Made by a program: the position numbers and the translations under genes. The notes under the pieces were generated by a model. That model saw only the letters and a list, made by a program, of their open reading frames with translations. It made no database searches and was not told the DNA's origin. From Podarcis gaigeae (lineage: Eukaryota), in NCBI GenBank assembly GCA_964106915.2, contig OZ066923.1: 64,000 nucleotides of DNA. One strand, given 5' to 3'. Of this stretch, positions 21,432-35,354 are shown one piece after another. Every line of letters starts with the position of its first letter. Position 1 is the stretch's first letter.

Positions 21432-24400
21432 ATCCTTCACGTGTAGACCTAGTAAAATCAAATTAAAACAGCAATAATATAAAAAACTCTAAATAACCCA
21501 TCATTTAAACAAGAGTTCTAGCAATAATATACAAAACAACTCCTCATAAGTTGGACTTCAGTAAGGAGGTTGGACCAGATGGCTCTGTGGGTTGCTTCCA
21601 ACTCTAGAACTCTATGATTCTATAATTAAAACTGAAGCAGGGTAACTAACCTGTTATGTAACTAGCATATCCTTAACAGAGGTCTTCTGGTCTCAATCTT
21701 GGTTCTTTCATGGCTGTCTACCAGTCTGCTGCCAAAGTCATTCACCTCACTACTCCTTAAGTCCCTCTTTCCTGTTCACTCCTGGATCCAGCACAAGCTC
21801 CTAGGACTGGAATTCAGGGCAAATCTCTACTTGGCCATCAAAGTCAGTGGCTGACCTTGGGCCAGTCACCTTGTCTCTCGGCTTGATTTACAGGGTTCTT
21901 ATGAGGCTTGAACTGGTGCCTGGGTGAGAACAATGTGTGCCACTCTGAGCTCATTGGAGGAAGGATGAGATAATTAATAATTATTAATTTATTCAATACA
22001 TAATTATAGTTCTCCAGAGGTACGTTTTTAGAACTCGTCGTAATGTTGCAAAGGGTTCTGGAGCATCTTCTCAGCTAAAGTGCACCCGCCTCCAGCATGG
22101 AAGGAAACTGGTCCATCACCTTCTCTGATGTTGCAGAGGATTCTGGGATGCATCTCCAGGCTTACACTTAATTTTGCCACTAGAGAAATATGATGCCCCG
22201 CAGATGGGGGTTCACTTCAGGATTATGGTCACCCAGATGTTGATGTTGCTCAGCAAGCTTTTAATATCTGTTCTTGGATATTATTCAAGGTTAACTGCAA
22301 AAGAAAACTCCAATATTTTTTAAAGAGCTTGTTGATTACTTTTTATTCCTCATAATGATTTATAGTCATGAAATCCCACATGGTTTCAGTTATGGAGTCA
22401 GAGGTGGGGGTTCAAGACCCTTCCTAAATGGTACTTTTGGTCACAGAACTGCTTGGGAGGTTTTGACTCTGATCTGGGAGTTGCGTAAGAATTTTATTTT
22501 ATGAGGTATGAGTAGGGATCCTACAACAGTATTTGAAGATGCATACCTCGCCTTCTGAACCCAAGCAGTGATTGATCAGACAAGTTAAAGTGATTTTAAA
22601 GATTTATTAAGTTATAGCTATAACACGACAGACCAGATCCTTCTTGCTTCTTTCCTGCACTTAGTTAGACCTTGAATGGAGGGACTAACTTACCTGTCTT
22701 TCTCTGCTTGTCTGTTTGACCATAGCCTTTAATCCCCTTTCCCCCTCTCCATCCAACTTGGGGTGTCTTTTTCTGATTGGCTCCAAAGATCTTTGTCTGC
22801 TCCTCTGCGATAACATCTCGCCCACTTCCTTATCTTGCAGTTCCAGCCGATCAGCAAATTTTGTCTTCTTGCACCATCTCCCGTCCTTCGATTCCTTATT
22901 TAGATATTTGTCACACTGCCCTTACCAAAAAACCTTGTGTTCATCAACTTTATCTCTTGCTCAAGCATACTCCATGCGCCTTGCTTTGCTTCTAAGTTCC
23001 GATCTGCTTTTAGCTATGATAAGTTGCTAGTCTCATAATTCCATGTCCTCATACTGCTGAAGCTTCATACCTGTATGAAATATGTGCATGCTACTTTAGC
23101 CCTACTATTATACCCAGCACTAGCGGACGTGCCTACTGCAGTGTGCTTGGACAGATGCTTTTCGTCGTTGGTTCCCTTTTGCTAAATTCAGATCATGTTG
23201 AGTCTTTTTCGAGAAACCTGCCTGCTTGGTGAATTATGGAGAGACACAAATTGTCTGACCTTGTTGTGGTTTTAGAGACATGTGGAGCACCAATTAATAC
23301 ATCTCTACCCATCAAGCACAAATGCTTCCAAGTTTCTCAAATTTATACCAGAGTTGATTTCACTTTTACCCCCCAAAGGGTAAGCTAATTGGAGGTGGTT
23401 TGGTGACCTATCTTCCAACTGGAATACAGGGATAATGGTTGCATCCAGTGAGACGGTTTGCAGCTTTCATGAGGCTTTAAAGAGAGAGTAAGTGTGGGGT
23501 TTGCAAAACTTAGTATCTTTGGATGGCAGATGCTGTGGTTCATCATGCAAAGTATTATTATAATAAATATTTTTTTTATCTCTAGTTGCATATTGAGTTG
23601 AGTCTTCCATGCCTGGCTATGCATGTGCATATTCCTTTTGTGGCTTTCCTTTTTGCTGTCTGTGAAAGTGTTGATAAAACGAATGTAGGAACTTAACCAT
23701 CTTTTAGAAGTTTAATGTACCCAGAAGCCTGGCATTATGAAGAAGCTGTCAAGCTTTCAGACATCTTTGTTCAAAGTGGATCTTCACTGCCTTGTCTAAA
23801 CAAACCTGAGTGTTGGAAATGTGGAAATGGAGGGGTAGGTGTCTGTATATAAATGTGGGGGACACACTTCAAACAGTGTCGTTTCAGAATTCTGAAACAG
23901 GCACTTAGATGCTTGGCAGGAGTTGTTATCTCACAGTCATCTTCGGGGTATAGCTACCCTCATCATTTTCGACCCTTCTTTTAAATCCACATACTGACTC
24001 TGGCCTCATAATTCATGGCAAAGGTAGGATCAGACTCCATTCTCTTCTCTGATCTTTTCTCTCCCCCCCCCCCTTTATTTGGAGATAATAAGTCCGGAAT
24101 GTAGACATCACACAGGGCACTTGACCTAAACTCGCTGCTGCTTCTTCCTAGTTGAAAAATAAACAATGGGCAATGGTGAGATGTCTCTCCAGACTTGTCT
24201 TTTTGGGGGGATTAGCACAAATAGAGGGGGGCTTTCAATGGTTCCTTTGTTGGGGAAGGACGCCGCTCCCTTGATGTGCCAAGGACTCGCAAAAACAACA
24301 ACAACAAAGTTTACTAGCTTGGCTAATGCAGGTAACAAAACATTTTGCACCACTGCATAGATAACATTCCTCCCTGCACTGTGCTATCATGTCTGAGCTG

Positions 24401-24644
24401 TTTGCTTACAGAACAGAGGTACACCTCCTCCCCAACCTCTCCTTTTTATAAAAAGGAAGTTTATAGTCCTCCTCCTGCATAGGAAGATAGAATATGTGCA
24501 GTCAATTGCCAGTTTTCATAGGAGCACAGGGCTGGAAGAGAGGGCTGGGGAAAAAACAAAAGGGGCTTTTGTCTGTTTTTGCAAAAAGCAATAAACAACA
24601 CCCGCCTTATCACCAGGCTTCTCACAACATTGAATGACTGGAGG

Positions 24645-24770
24645 GAAAGACCATAGATCAGGGGTAGAGCAAATGTTTTGCAAACAGAATGCCCCAGGTG
24701 CAGCCCCTGGAGTTAAAAGGATCAAAAATCAGAATGTGGGAAACACCTTTGCCTAAGACTCTGGGTTAGA
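24645..24770 (+). mobile_element. Old tRNA-derived SINE
   Basis: ccatagatcaggggtagagcaaatgttttgcaaacagaatgccccaggt; same family as 55961. Confidence 0.55.
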
Positions 24771-24830
24771 TTAGACAAGGGCTGCCCAACCAGGAGTACG
24801 TTTATAAATCTGAGGTCAGTTGATCACCAG

Positions 24831-25116
24831 CAGTGGCGGAGTAAGCTGCATGTACGCCAGGAGCGGCGGCCATGCAGTGCAGTGGGGGGGGGGGCGATCT
24901 GTTGCGCAGGGACGGGACGATCCTCAACGCACCTGGCATGATCCTCCGCCCACGGCTGCGGTGGTGCGATCCTCTGCATGCAGCGACACAATGGTGGCGG
25001 CTTGCGCTGCCGTGCCAGGGGGTGGCGGGCCAGCCCCCCAAGGGGTGCCTTTTTGTCACCCCCCCCTCAGAGATGGCACCCAGGGCAGACCACCCCGCCC
25101 CCTTCCTCCGCCAGTG
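24831..25116. mobile_element. GC/CpG-rich hAT-type MITE
   Basis: TIR CAGTGGCGGAG...CTCCGCCAGTG; 8-bp TSD ATCACCAG/ATCACCCG. Confidence 0.85.
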
Positions 25117-26852
25117 ATCACCCGGCCTTTCAAAGCCCCACGCTCAGTGCTTCACAAGACTCAACTAACAGCGGATTTTTGATGCTTTGCAGATTGTGCC
25201 TTTCCCCACCCGTGGCTTCAAACCATGCCAGCGAGAGAAAAAAGTTGCCTGGTTCCAATTGAGTGACAGGTGGGTAGCCCTACCCACTTGTCAAACTTGG
25301 CCCATGATGGATATGGAAGATAATGATCTTACCTACTGGCCAGATCCACTTCACCACCTCTGGCTCTGTTGTATTGTGAGCCCTGGTCAAAACAATGGCT
25401 AACCTAGTCCAAGGCTTTACAGATTCTGTGGTTTGGATTCCAATCAACAGTTAGTGCTTGCTATGTAGGGGCAAGCAGCTACTTCAAGCTAGGAATAACC
25501 TGTTTCATGTACTGCTCTCTTTTGCTTGCAGCAAAGCTGTGGATCGGAAGCTGTTACAGAACTACTGGCACTGAAAGAAACTGGACTCCTCCTTTTCAAT
25601 GCTTGTTAATAGGTTGCTTTCTTTATAACAGGGGTAGGCAACCTGTTTGCCCTTGACACGGCATTGGGTGGGCATTCAGGGGCTGCCTAGCTGGTGCTGG
25701 GCACAGTGAGGAACACACATTCAGTACAAAGATATATTTGTTCAAACAAACACACACGCATTTGGGCTACATCTGGATTGCTCTCTCTCTCTCTCTGTGC
25801 CTTAGGCTTCCCTCCCAGCAAATCCCAAGCAGCCAAAGATTGCTGCCCCTTTGCTGCTATCAGCGGAGACAGTGATCTGGGATGTATCATTACTGCAGGT
25901 TGGGGGATGCTTTAATACCAGTGGCAGAAAGAGTTATCTTCTGCCCGCTGCCCAGCTGGTGACTGAACTGACCAGTTGGGGAGGTGGACAGAGCTCCCCA
26001 GGCCACGGTGGGCTCCACAGGGAATGAATGGGGACCACATGCAGCCTAGACCATGCCTTGCCCTCCTGCAATTTATAAAGACCCCTGTTTTCCTAAATCC
26101 CACTTGGCCTATCTTTTCACTTTGTGTGTGTCCATGTGCACAAAATAGTCGCCTTCCCTTTACGCCTTTCTCCTGTCTACCGACTGCTCCTCAGCCTCAA
26201 TATCCGTAAGCAGAGAGCCCTGTGCCATGGCAACATTTTAATACTTGGAATAGAGGTATCTTTTTTGTGATTTAAAAAAAAAATCTTATTCCATCTACAA
26301 ACCAATCAACAAGCAAGACCCTTGAGAGCTATTTCTCTGTAGCCATATTCCTCCAGCTGCTTTCTCTTCTATGCTGCTTGTACCGCAAGTGTGTTTATAT
26401 ATAAAAAATATAGGCCAGTCTACCTGCTTGGGTGCATGGAGCATTTATTTCCCCGAGACAGCAGCGCTGTCATAAACACTGTGGTTTTTACAATGTGGGT
26501 AATAATAAGATTACTAATAGCACTGAGATGTTTGCTTATTTAATAGACTATCATTTAGCCAGCAGAAAACGTCTTGCTGTTGCAGCTGCTGACACTTTAC
26601 TGGGAATAATCTCTGCTATATTTTTTTTTGGGGGGGGGAGTGGGAGGAACACAGGGGGCATGTATTTTAAGGAATAATTTTCATAATGCAAAGGCTGGGA
26701 GGGAAAGAAAAAAGGACCTCTTTGCCCAAAGCCGGGGGTGGGGATGGGGATGGCTGGAACCAAGCTCAGCTCGGTTAATGGCGCAATGATGTCAGATGTC
26801 TAACCTTGTGGGCCAAAAAGTGTGCCAAGCCTCAACACCCAGCCTTGGACAC

Positions 26853-27182
26853 AGCCCAGTATACCTGAAGGAGCATCTCCACCCCCATCATTCTGCCCGG
26901 ACGCTGAGGGCCCAGTGCTGAGGGCCTTCTGGCGGTCCCCTCACTGCGAGAAGCAAAGCTACAGGGAACAAGGCAGAGGGCCTTCTCGGTAGTGGCACCT
27001 GCCCTGTGGAAAGCCCTCCAATCAGATGTCAAAGAGATAAACAACTACCTGGCATTTAGAAAACATCTGAAGGCATCCCTGTTCAGGGAAGTTGTTAATG
27101 CATGACATTTTGATGTATTTTTAATCTTTGTTGGAAGCCTCCCAGAGTGGCTGGGGAAACCCAGCCAGATGGGTGGGGTACA

Positions 27183-27215
<33 letters not shown>

Positions 27216-27235
27216 AATAAATAATTAATAATAAA
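26853..27235 (+). mobile_element. L2 LINE 3' end with (AAT)n tail
   Basis: Highly similar to 4167-4488; carries the uninterrupted site atacctgaaggagcatctccacccccatc. Confidence 0.9.
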
Positions 27236-28124
27236 TTCCTTGAAGGCCAAAGCAAACCAAATTCATTTCTTGCAACTTTTTCTTGTCCGTACGCAAGAGA
27301 GAGTATTATTTTAATGTAGGTTTTGTCTTTATTTGCTGCTTTTTTAAAAAAGTAATCTGTCCTGCTTTGTTGTCTCTGATGGGTGAAATGTTTTCCATGA
27401 AAGAATTTGAAGCACTTGCTGTGTTAAAGCAAGAGAACAAAAGATGAGCATAACATATTGCTTTGTTGTTGTTAAAGATATGTCTAATAATAATAATAAT
27501 AGTAAAAATAAATAAATTATACCCCCCCTCCCTGGCTGAGACTTCTAATTGTGAAGAGGCCTGAGCACATGGCAACAAGAAGGGAGAGAAATAGGATATA
27601 AGCTCAGCCGAGGCGGATTTAGGGGGAGCAGAACCAGTTTAGTCGTACTACATGCGGAGCCTCCCTCTTCAGTGTACCCCCATGACAGGGAAGGCTGCAC
27701 CTGTTGGATCTCTGCCCAGGGCACTATATAAATAAATACAATAGAAATAAAGGTTACCTTTATTTTCTGCTATTTAAAATAAACAAAGAACACGGTTAAT
27801 TATCCATTAAACACCAGAGTTTTAAATCCATTCTCCTTCCAATATTTAAAATACAGGCCGTCAGCTGTCTGAAATAATAAAAATGTCTTCACTGTGATGC
27901 CAGTGGGTGCCAGTAGGGTCTCTGTTTGAGAGAACATTCCATAATTATGGCACCCTAGTTGAGAAAATACTCTTGTATGTTTTGATTTAAAAAATTACTT
28001 TATATTCCATCCCAGAGTAGTTTACTGATAATCTCAAGTGGGGAAGAGTCATGCAACTCAGGATCTGCTTGCTGGCTATTGTGGATGCTGGACCAGATGA
28101 GTTTTTGGTCTGACCCACAAGAAT

Positions 28125-28202
28125 CTGATGGTGTTTCCTGCTTGGCAGGGGGTTGGACTCGATGGCCCTTGTGGTCTCTTCCAACTCGATGATTCTATGA
28201 TC
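28125..28202 (+). mobile_element. CR1 3' terminus
   Basis: ggcagggggttggactcgatggcc...ttccaactcgatgattctatgat. Similar tails at ~368-415 (-), ~10243-10322 (-) and ~21555-21625 (+). Confidence 0.8.
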
Positions 28203-30600
28203 TTCATATATTTGTAAGCCAGCAAATGTACAAGTCTTTGCTGGATCTGGTTGTTTCTCTAGTATCACTTGGGATGCTGTGGGCGACCAGTGTGTAGAAT
28301 GGCCTCTTCCTACCAGCAGTTTTGGTAATGCAGGGATTAGTGACACAGCTACACCTTGCTTGGCCACTTGCTCTATAATTCTCCAGTTCTCTCCTGGAGG
28401 AACATCATTTCAGAAGAAAGCAGCTTGTGTTTCTATTACAAAAAAGTAACCCTGGTAGGATCTGGATTTGGGTTTCTTTTAAATGGCAGCCTAGTGATAG
28501 GAAGAATTAGCAAGCAGGAATAAAGCAAAGCAAGATAAAATGTTTCTTATTTATAAAAGGGCTCTGTGTGTATTTTGGGTGTTTGAGGCCTTTCCATATC
28601 TGGCCTCAGGCATGCAAAATATTTTAAAACCTGACATTCAGAGAGATTTGTCATTGAGGCTTTGCTGGTGTCGGGTGACATATCCACAGGATGGAATAAA
28701 ACAAGTCCGGCTCTGGTTTAGCTCTCTAAAAGTCATCAGTGGCCAGGTGTTATTTTGGATCAGTGTGTTTAGATGAGAAGTAAGACAAGGGCTGCTTTAT
28801 GTCTGGGGAGTTTTGAATTTTGTACTGACCCTATTTTTTTTTTTTTTAATGTCAAACAATCCCTCCCCCGCATCCTCCACTTAAAAATGTTGCTAACCAT
28901 AACGTGTTACTATGATATGAGGCAAATTAAGAAGATTTCCTTCTGGGGGGGGGGGGGAGGAAAGAAAACAGTTCCTTGGAAGCTATTTGCAACAGTTCTA
29001 TAAAAATCAGGGTCTGCTAACATCCTTTAACAGATGCGGATAGTTGTAGTATCAACATTCCCCCACATACAATGGCTGAGGTTTGGCTTGTATCCTGCTT
29101 TCCAAAGACTGGTTAAAATAACATAAATAGGATCTAGAACTTACTGATGTAGTTCACCTTTTGATTCTGTATACATGGTATTTTTAAGGTCTTTTTTTTC
29201 CAACAGGGAAAGGAATTTCCAACATGAGTTGATGAAGAAGGGTTCTATATTTTGTTTTTACTGAATTCAGCTGTCCTTGTTTCTTATTCCCACATTTCAA
29301 GTCAAATAGTACTGATTGTGAAATAAAGTATGTAGCACAGCAGGGTATATGTAGTGCTTTACAGAGTAACTCAAGGGGAAAATGTGGATCCCTGTCCCGA
29401 ACAGCTTCCAGTCTAAATGTTTACCGCATGTTTGGTTGCCAGGTCAGAACCATCCTAGGCTCTGAGATTTCAGGGCCCAGACCTGAGACCCACAGGTAGA
29501 CCCTGGTGAAGTCACAGGGGTGGGGGCCTGGTAAAGTCATTTTGCATTAACCACAGTTGCTGAGAACATGCCATTTTTTAAAAGTATACTAAACAAGTAA
29601 ATATGTTATTGGTAGGAAATTAAGATAGAAGCTGTCACTAAAGGGGGTGTTCTCTGGTCCAGCAGAGGTGAGGCGATCGTTCCTTTTTCACCTGGATGGA
29701 ACATTTGGAGAGAAATCTTTGAGGACTGGAAGATGGCAGGAAGCCTTGTTGGCTCTCATTGATCCATTTCTTAACCCTCAAGTCTTGAAGCTAAATAATG
29801 TCTGGTAGCTTCCAACGGAAGTCACCGAAGGGTTTGGAAACACCTGTAACGTGCCCATTAAAATACAGGTGTTGTGTCCTTCTGTCCATATTATTGGGAA
29901 AATGGATGCATTTATGTTGCATAGCTTTCTAAATTATGATGGCAACCATCTGGAGGGGAAGGAACTACCTATAAATGCAATACTGCGCTAAATTAAACAC
30001 TGGCCGACTTGTGAAGAACAGGCTGAGTTATTTGTGTCATTTCTCTGAGAATGACCAAAAAACGACAAGAACTTCTACTAAAAGGGTAATGGATTGGAAT
30101 TTTATCTTTCTCCCATGTTGTGTGTGTTTAACAGCACACATATTTTTAAAATGCTATTCTTAAGACAATTGTGAGCAAAAAATAAAATTATAAGACTTCC
30201 TTCCTTGGCAGCAAAAAGCTGTTTCTTGTGTGAAAAGTATAAACAGTGAAAAAGACTATATCTAGTTGCAGAGGCGATCCAAAGGCAACAAAGAACTGAA
30301 GGTCAAACAATAATAAAACGAAGGAGGTGAAATTATAGCCTTTCTTCTTTTTTCTGTTTTGTGATGTGCTCCTTGGCAGCTGTGAAGGTTCTGCGCTTAA
30401 AAGAATTTGACACATGACTATTTGTGATTTGTACTTTAAGGAAAGCGAGGAAGCACAAAAGACATGTATGGTGGTGGCAGCTGACAGAGGCATCTTTGCA
30501 GGGGTCTTGGGCTCCTGTACCTTTAAGACATAGCCAAATATTGATAATAATTTATCAATTATTTTAATAAATTATTACCTTAAGGTATTATTAAGGTATA

Positions 30601-30885
30601 ATACCTGGAGGAGCATCTCCACCCCCATCATTCAGCCTGGACAATGAGGTCCAGCTCTGAGGGCCTTCTGGTAGTGGCACCCTCTCCCGCCAGATGTCAA
30701 GGAAATAAGCAACTATCTTCCTTTTAGAAGACATCTGAAGGCAGCCCTGTTTAGAGAAGTTTTTAATGTTTGATCTTTTATTGTGTTTTTAATATTCTGT
30801 TGGGAGCTGCCCAGAGTGGCTGGGGAAGCCTAACCAGATGGGCGAGGTATAAATAAATTGTTGTTGTTGTTGTTGGTATAAATAA

Positions 30886-30924
<39 letters not shown>

Positions 30925-30943
30925 ACTATTATTATTATTATTA
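30601..30943 (+). mobile_element. L2 LINE 3' end with (TTG)n/(TTA)n tail
   Basis: Same family as 26853, with internal deletions; microsatellite tail at 30858-30943. Confidence 0.88.
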
Positions 30944-31489
30944 AATGTGTGTATGCATGGAGAATACCAGATGTATTTTTATCACTCCTTCTATTGCTGA
31001 TGTTCAGGTTGTGCACGCAGCTAAAACAGTACCACCCATGCACAAGAGGGACGTACAATTTTTGGAGTTGAAGCAGACCCACAACAGCTTAACTAAGCGT
31101 GCTAAGGGGCCAGTGAATCCTGCATTGTAGGGGGTTGGACTAGGTGACACCTAGGCTCCTGACGTCGGTTCCTGTCCCTGCATGCAGTGGGAAAGGGAGG
31201 AGGAGGGAGGGGGAAGGATGGAAATGTATGTAGACTTGTTAGACAGTGGCGGGTTCTGCCATTGCCGGGCGGGATCTGGCCCGCGGGCCATAGTTTCAGG
31301 ACCGCCTGTATTGAAACCTTCTCTACACCATACATAATGTTATGCATTTCTACTATGTTCTCACTTGCTCACCTTTTCTCCCAACTAAAAAGCTCCACAT
31401 TTTGTAAACTTTCCTCAAAGTGTAGTTGCTCCATCCCCTGGATTGTTTTGACTATAGAGCTGGTGGGAGTTTAGAAAAAAAGAGCAAAG

Positions 31490-31745
31490 AGCAGTCTGCG
31501 CTGCAGCATTTTGTTGCAGGCCTACCTTACTGCTCCAGGGCCTTCTCTGCAATGGCTCCCCGCCTATGGAACGCTCTCCCCAGGGAAGTTCACCTGGCAC
31601 CTTAATTATACACCTTTAGGCACCAGGCAAAAACATTCCTTTTAAACTAGGCCTTTGGTTGATCTTATTGACATTCAACACCCTTTTAGAATGTGGGCGA
31701 GGGGGTTTATCGGGTTACTGCTTTTGGTTTGATTTTATATGTTGT
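31490..31745 (+). mobile_element. L2 LINE 3' fragment (second family)
   Basis: agggccttctctgcaatggctccccgcctatggaacgctctcccc encodes RAFSAMAPRLWNALP. Confidence 0.75.
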
Positions 31746-32149
31746 ATATAACAAGAAGCAAGTTTACATGTCTGGAATGTCAGCTTTCAGCTGGATGATA
31801 CTGTTGTTGATTGGCAGATGCTGCTAATAACGCCCAGGCTGTCATTCCAAGCAGAATTTCACCATGTAATAACTGGTAAAAGTAAAAATTAGACAGCATT
31901 CTCTTTCTCAGCAAAATAAAAACAGCCTCTCTTCCCGACTACCACCACCCTGCAACAAAACACCATTTCACTTAATGTCCTATTTCTTTCTGCCCAAAAT
32001 TGCATATGCACAGTTAAATTACAGACCTGCCTTCAAAGGGTGTTGCCAGTTTATGGCTGTGCAAAATTTAAAAACATGAGCATTGCGATGTTCAGTTCAG
32101 GGATCAGCCTGTGTCTATCTAGGCACCTTATCTATCATCTATCTCTCTA

Positions 32150-32185
<36 letters not shown>

Positions 32186-32439
32186 CCTCTAACTTAAACC
32201 AGCTTGACATTTGTTTTGCAAACAAAGTTGTATTGTTTGAAAATCTGGTTAACCACAGATTACTTCTGCATTGTACTGCAGCTAAAGCCTAGCAGCCTAA
32301 GTCACGCAACTGGATGAAATGACAGGGTACATTCCCTCAACTGGGTGGTGGTTGTTTTCTCTCTCTCCCAGCTATCACTGTATTTATTGAAATATTTCTG
32401 TCCCAGAAATTTCATAGAAATGTAACAAGGCAGTGTATC

Positions 32440-32520
32440 ACTATAGTATAGTGTATTTTATAGTATAGTATAGTATAGTATAGTATAGTATAGTATAGTA
32501 TAGTATAGTATAGTATAGTG
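32440..32520. repeat. (TATAG)n pentanucleotide microsatellite
   Basis: Perfect tagta run from ~32459 to 32519. Confidence 0.97.
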
Positions 32521-32559
32521 TATTTTAAAATGGGGTTTCAGAGTTTTTAGGGGGTTTTG

Positions 32560-32643
32560 AATGTTTTATGTAGTTTTTCAATTTCATTGTTCTATATGGG
32601 ACAATGACAATAAAGATATCTATCTATCATCTATCTATCTATC

Positions 32644-32681
<38 letters not shown>

Positions 32682-32682
32682 G
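32560..32682 (+). mobile_element. Probable Rex1/Babar-type LINE 3' end with (TATC)n tail
   Basis: atttcattgttc...caatgacaataaag directly followed by a tetranucleotide tail, the usual Rex1-type terminus. Confidence 0.55.
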
Positions 32683-33169
32683 AATGACATAGGCAGTCCC
32701 ACACACCAGAACCACCCATCCACAAAATTTCCCTCTTTCCAGGAGTCAAGCTCACTTGACAATACCCCCCCAAGGAACCATAAGCAAATATACTTTCTGA
32801 TAATATACTTTCAAACGGAGGACTAATCTGAATGCAAGCCAGTGGCTTTTTAAGGCTTGTTGAAGTTGCTGGTTTCCTTTTAATTTGTTTTTAATGAACT
32901 TTTATTATGGAGATTGGAGAGAACTGTTTCAGGATTCTGTAGTGCCTAAGAGAACCCAAAGGGGAATCATACTACTTTTGTACAGTGCAGTGACACTGTC
33001 ATGAGAAATGACTGGATTCAAAACATCCTGTTTTCTCCCCCTACAAATGTGTTCAATGATAATAAGGGTGGGGGCAGGCGAGTTGGAAGGAACATTCCAT
33101 ACCAATTATGGCATGTCAGTCAAAGTGGCTTATTTTACACAGTCTTCCTGTAAATGCTGATATATGCAT

Positions 33170-33252
33170 GGGTATGCATGTTTACTCGGAAGAAAGCCCC
33201 TCTAAATTCAGGGGCACTTATTCTCCAGTAAACATTCATAGGACTGTACCCA
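33170..33252. mobile_element. Short palindromic MITE (CATGTTTACTC...CATAGGA family)
   Basis: Hairpin symmetry; related copies at ~43355-43433 and ~60834-60910. Confidence 0.55.
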
Positions 33253-33763
33253 GAAGGAAACGGTAGTAGGATGAGAGATTCATCTCCACAATTTCGCCTT
33301 GCAATTAATGGGAACATAAAGACTGGAGACCGTTTTATGGCTTCCCTTTTATTGCAGAAATTTAAAAATGAAGCAAAAAACTACACACAAGTTCCCGCCA
33401 ATATTGAGATACTGCTGCAGAGGAAAGAGGAGAGTACAAAGGCCTTTAAAGAGTGGCAGCCTCCCCCCTTTTTCTTCTTTTTGTTTTTGTGGTAGTGGTA
33501 TAAAATTGGTGGGGGTGTGATTTGTTCAAAATTAATAAAGATGTTTTTTTAAAAAAGAAAAAAGAGCAACAATGAAACCACCAAGCTTGGCCTGGGAATT
33601 ATCCACCTGAGATTTTGATCTGAGATGGAGAATAATTTGGAGCCTTATATAGCTCATGTCTTCTTAGTGCTTGGAAACTTTTACTGGCGTGTCTACTTGC
33701 AAATGCCGGGTGTGTTGCAGATGTCATGGGCTTCTATTTAGGGTGGCCTAACGGCCTTCTTTT

Positions 33764-34127
33764 GGGACGCAGGTGGCGCTGTGGGTTAAAGCCTCAGCGC
33801 CTAGGACTTGCCGATCGAAAGGTCGGCGGTTCGAATCCCTGCGGCGGGGTGCGCTCCCGCTGCTCGGTCCCAGCGCCTGCCAACCTAGCAGTTCGAAAGC
33901 ACCTCCGGGTGCAAGTAGATAAATAGGGACCGCTTACCAGCGGGAAGGTAAATGGCGTTTCCGTGTGCGGCTCTGGCTCGCCAGATGCAGCTTTGTCACG
34001 CTGGCCACGTGACCCGGAAGTGTCTCCGGACAGCGCTGGCCCCTGGCCTCTTAAGTGAGATGGGCGCACAACCCCAGAGTCTGTCAGGACTGGCCCGTAT
34101 GGGCAGGGGTACCTTTACCTTTACCTT
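33764..34127 (+). mobile_element. Sauria SINE, full length, subfamily with GGGGTACCTTT end
   Basis: CpG-rich and near consensus; TSD TAACGGCCTTCTTT/TAATGGCCTTCTTT (33749-33762 and 34128-34141). Confidence 0.95.
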
Positions 34128-35354
34128 TAATGGCCTTCTTTACAGAGGCCAGTGCTTTATTTGAAGGTGCCCTCTATTTGAATGAAGGGCTGTCTGGTCC
34201 AAATTCAGTCTAAAGGGAAAGAAACATCAAGAAAGGTGAGCAGAGGCCTTGAAGTTGCCCCTCAAACCTTTGTACCTGGGCGGCAGACTGAAGAGCCCCC
34301 TAATAGCAGTCCTCCTCACTCTGGTAATATAAGAGATGCTCTGAGATGGCACAACTTTCCTGAAGTCGCTGTCCCAAGTAAATTTCAGAGAATGCCTTCC
34401 CCCTTCAACAACTGATAGCCGCCTGTGAGCCCCGGCTGAGAATTCCATCTGCAGGTTAGATTAGCTTCCCCAAGAAGCAGGGCCTTTTTGGTTGTAGCCC
34501 TAGAACTCAATGATGTTCTGTCCCAGAACACCCATGATGCCTTTTATTTATTAACCTCTTGCTGGCAGGCCAGGACATTCAGTTTTCTGTTGTGCATTCA
34601 TCATATGATGCTGAGTTGCTTTTTTCATTGCTCTTGCTTAGATTCCATTAATTGTCACTTTTATATATTGTTATAATTTGTAAATCATTTGAGGATTTAC
34701 AAAAGGAGGAAAAGAGAGGCTGTATAAAATTATTTTAATTCAATCTTTGGGCTCCAAGATTGACTTTTTACTGATTTTTTTTTTTAAAGGACTGAAAAAT
34801 CTTGTATGTTCACTCACAGGAAATCTGCCCCAAATTTGCCACTCGTTACACCCCGCCCCTCGCCCCCCAAGTCTACTATCTGAAATGAGGACTTAATTGT
34901 AAGCCCAGCTTGATACTTTTTCCATTTGGTTTCTTTGCTGGCTATAGAATTTCCCACTGTTCTGTTGTTCTACTGATGCTCGATCAAGGCTGGCTGGGGA
35001 TAGATTGTGCTGGGAATGAACTTCATTTGTTCAAATGTAATGTGGAACAGGCCTACACACTTGGCACAAATCAAGGGTGAGCAGAAAGCAGAATGGGATC
35101 TATTGGTAAATCTTTAGCTGATTTGCAGTAAGTGGACAAGGGTTTCTGATTTCCATTGGTTTTAGGAATGGCAACAATAAACCCACTTCCCTCAACTAAA
35201 TTTGATTTCTGTAGTGAAGGAGGAGAAGAAAAAAAGCTAACCAAGGGTGAAATTCTGAGTGCAAACTCAGTTTAGTTTTGGTACTAGAAACAAATTCCCA
35301 GGCTCAGAATGTGCTCAGAGGTGCCATGGCCTTTAATTATACAAATTTTATGTA

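Noticed and set aside
24831-25116. CpG island or promoter
   Set aside because: The GC-rich tract coincides exactly with a hAT MITE bounded by TIRs and a TSD.
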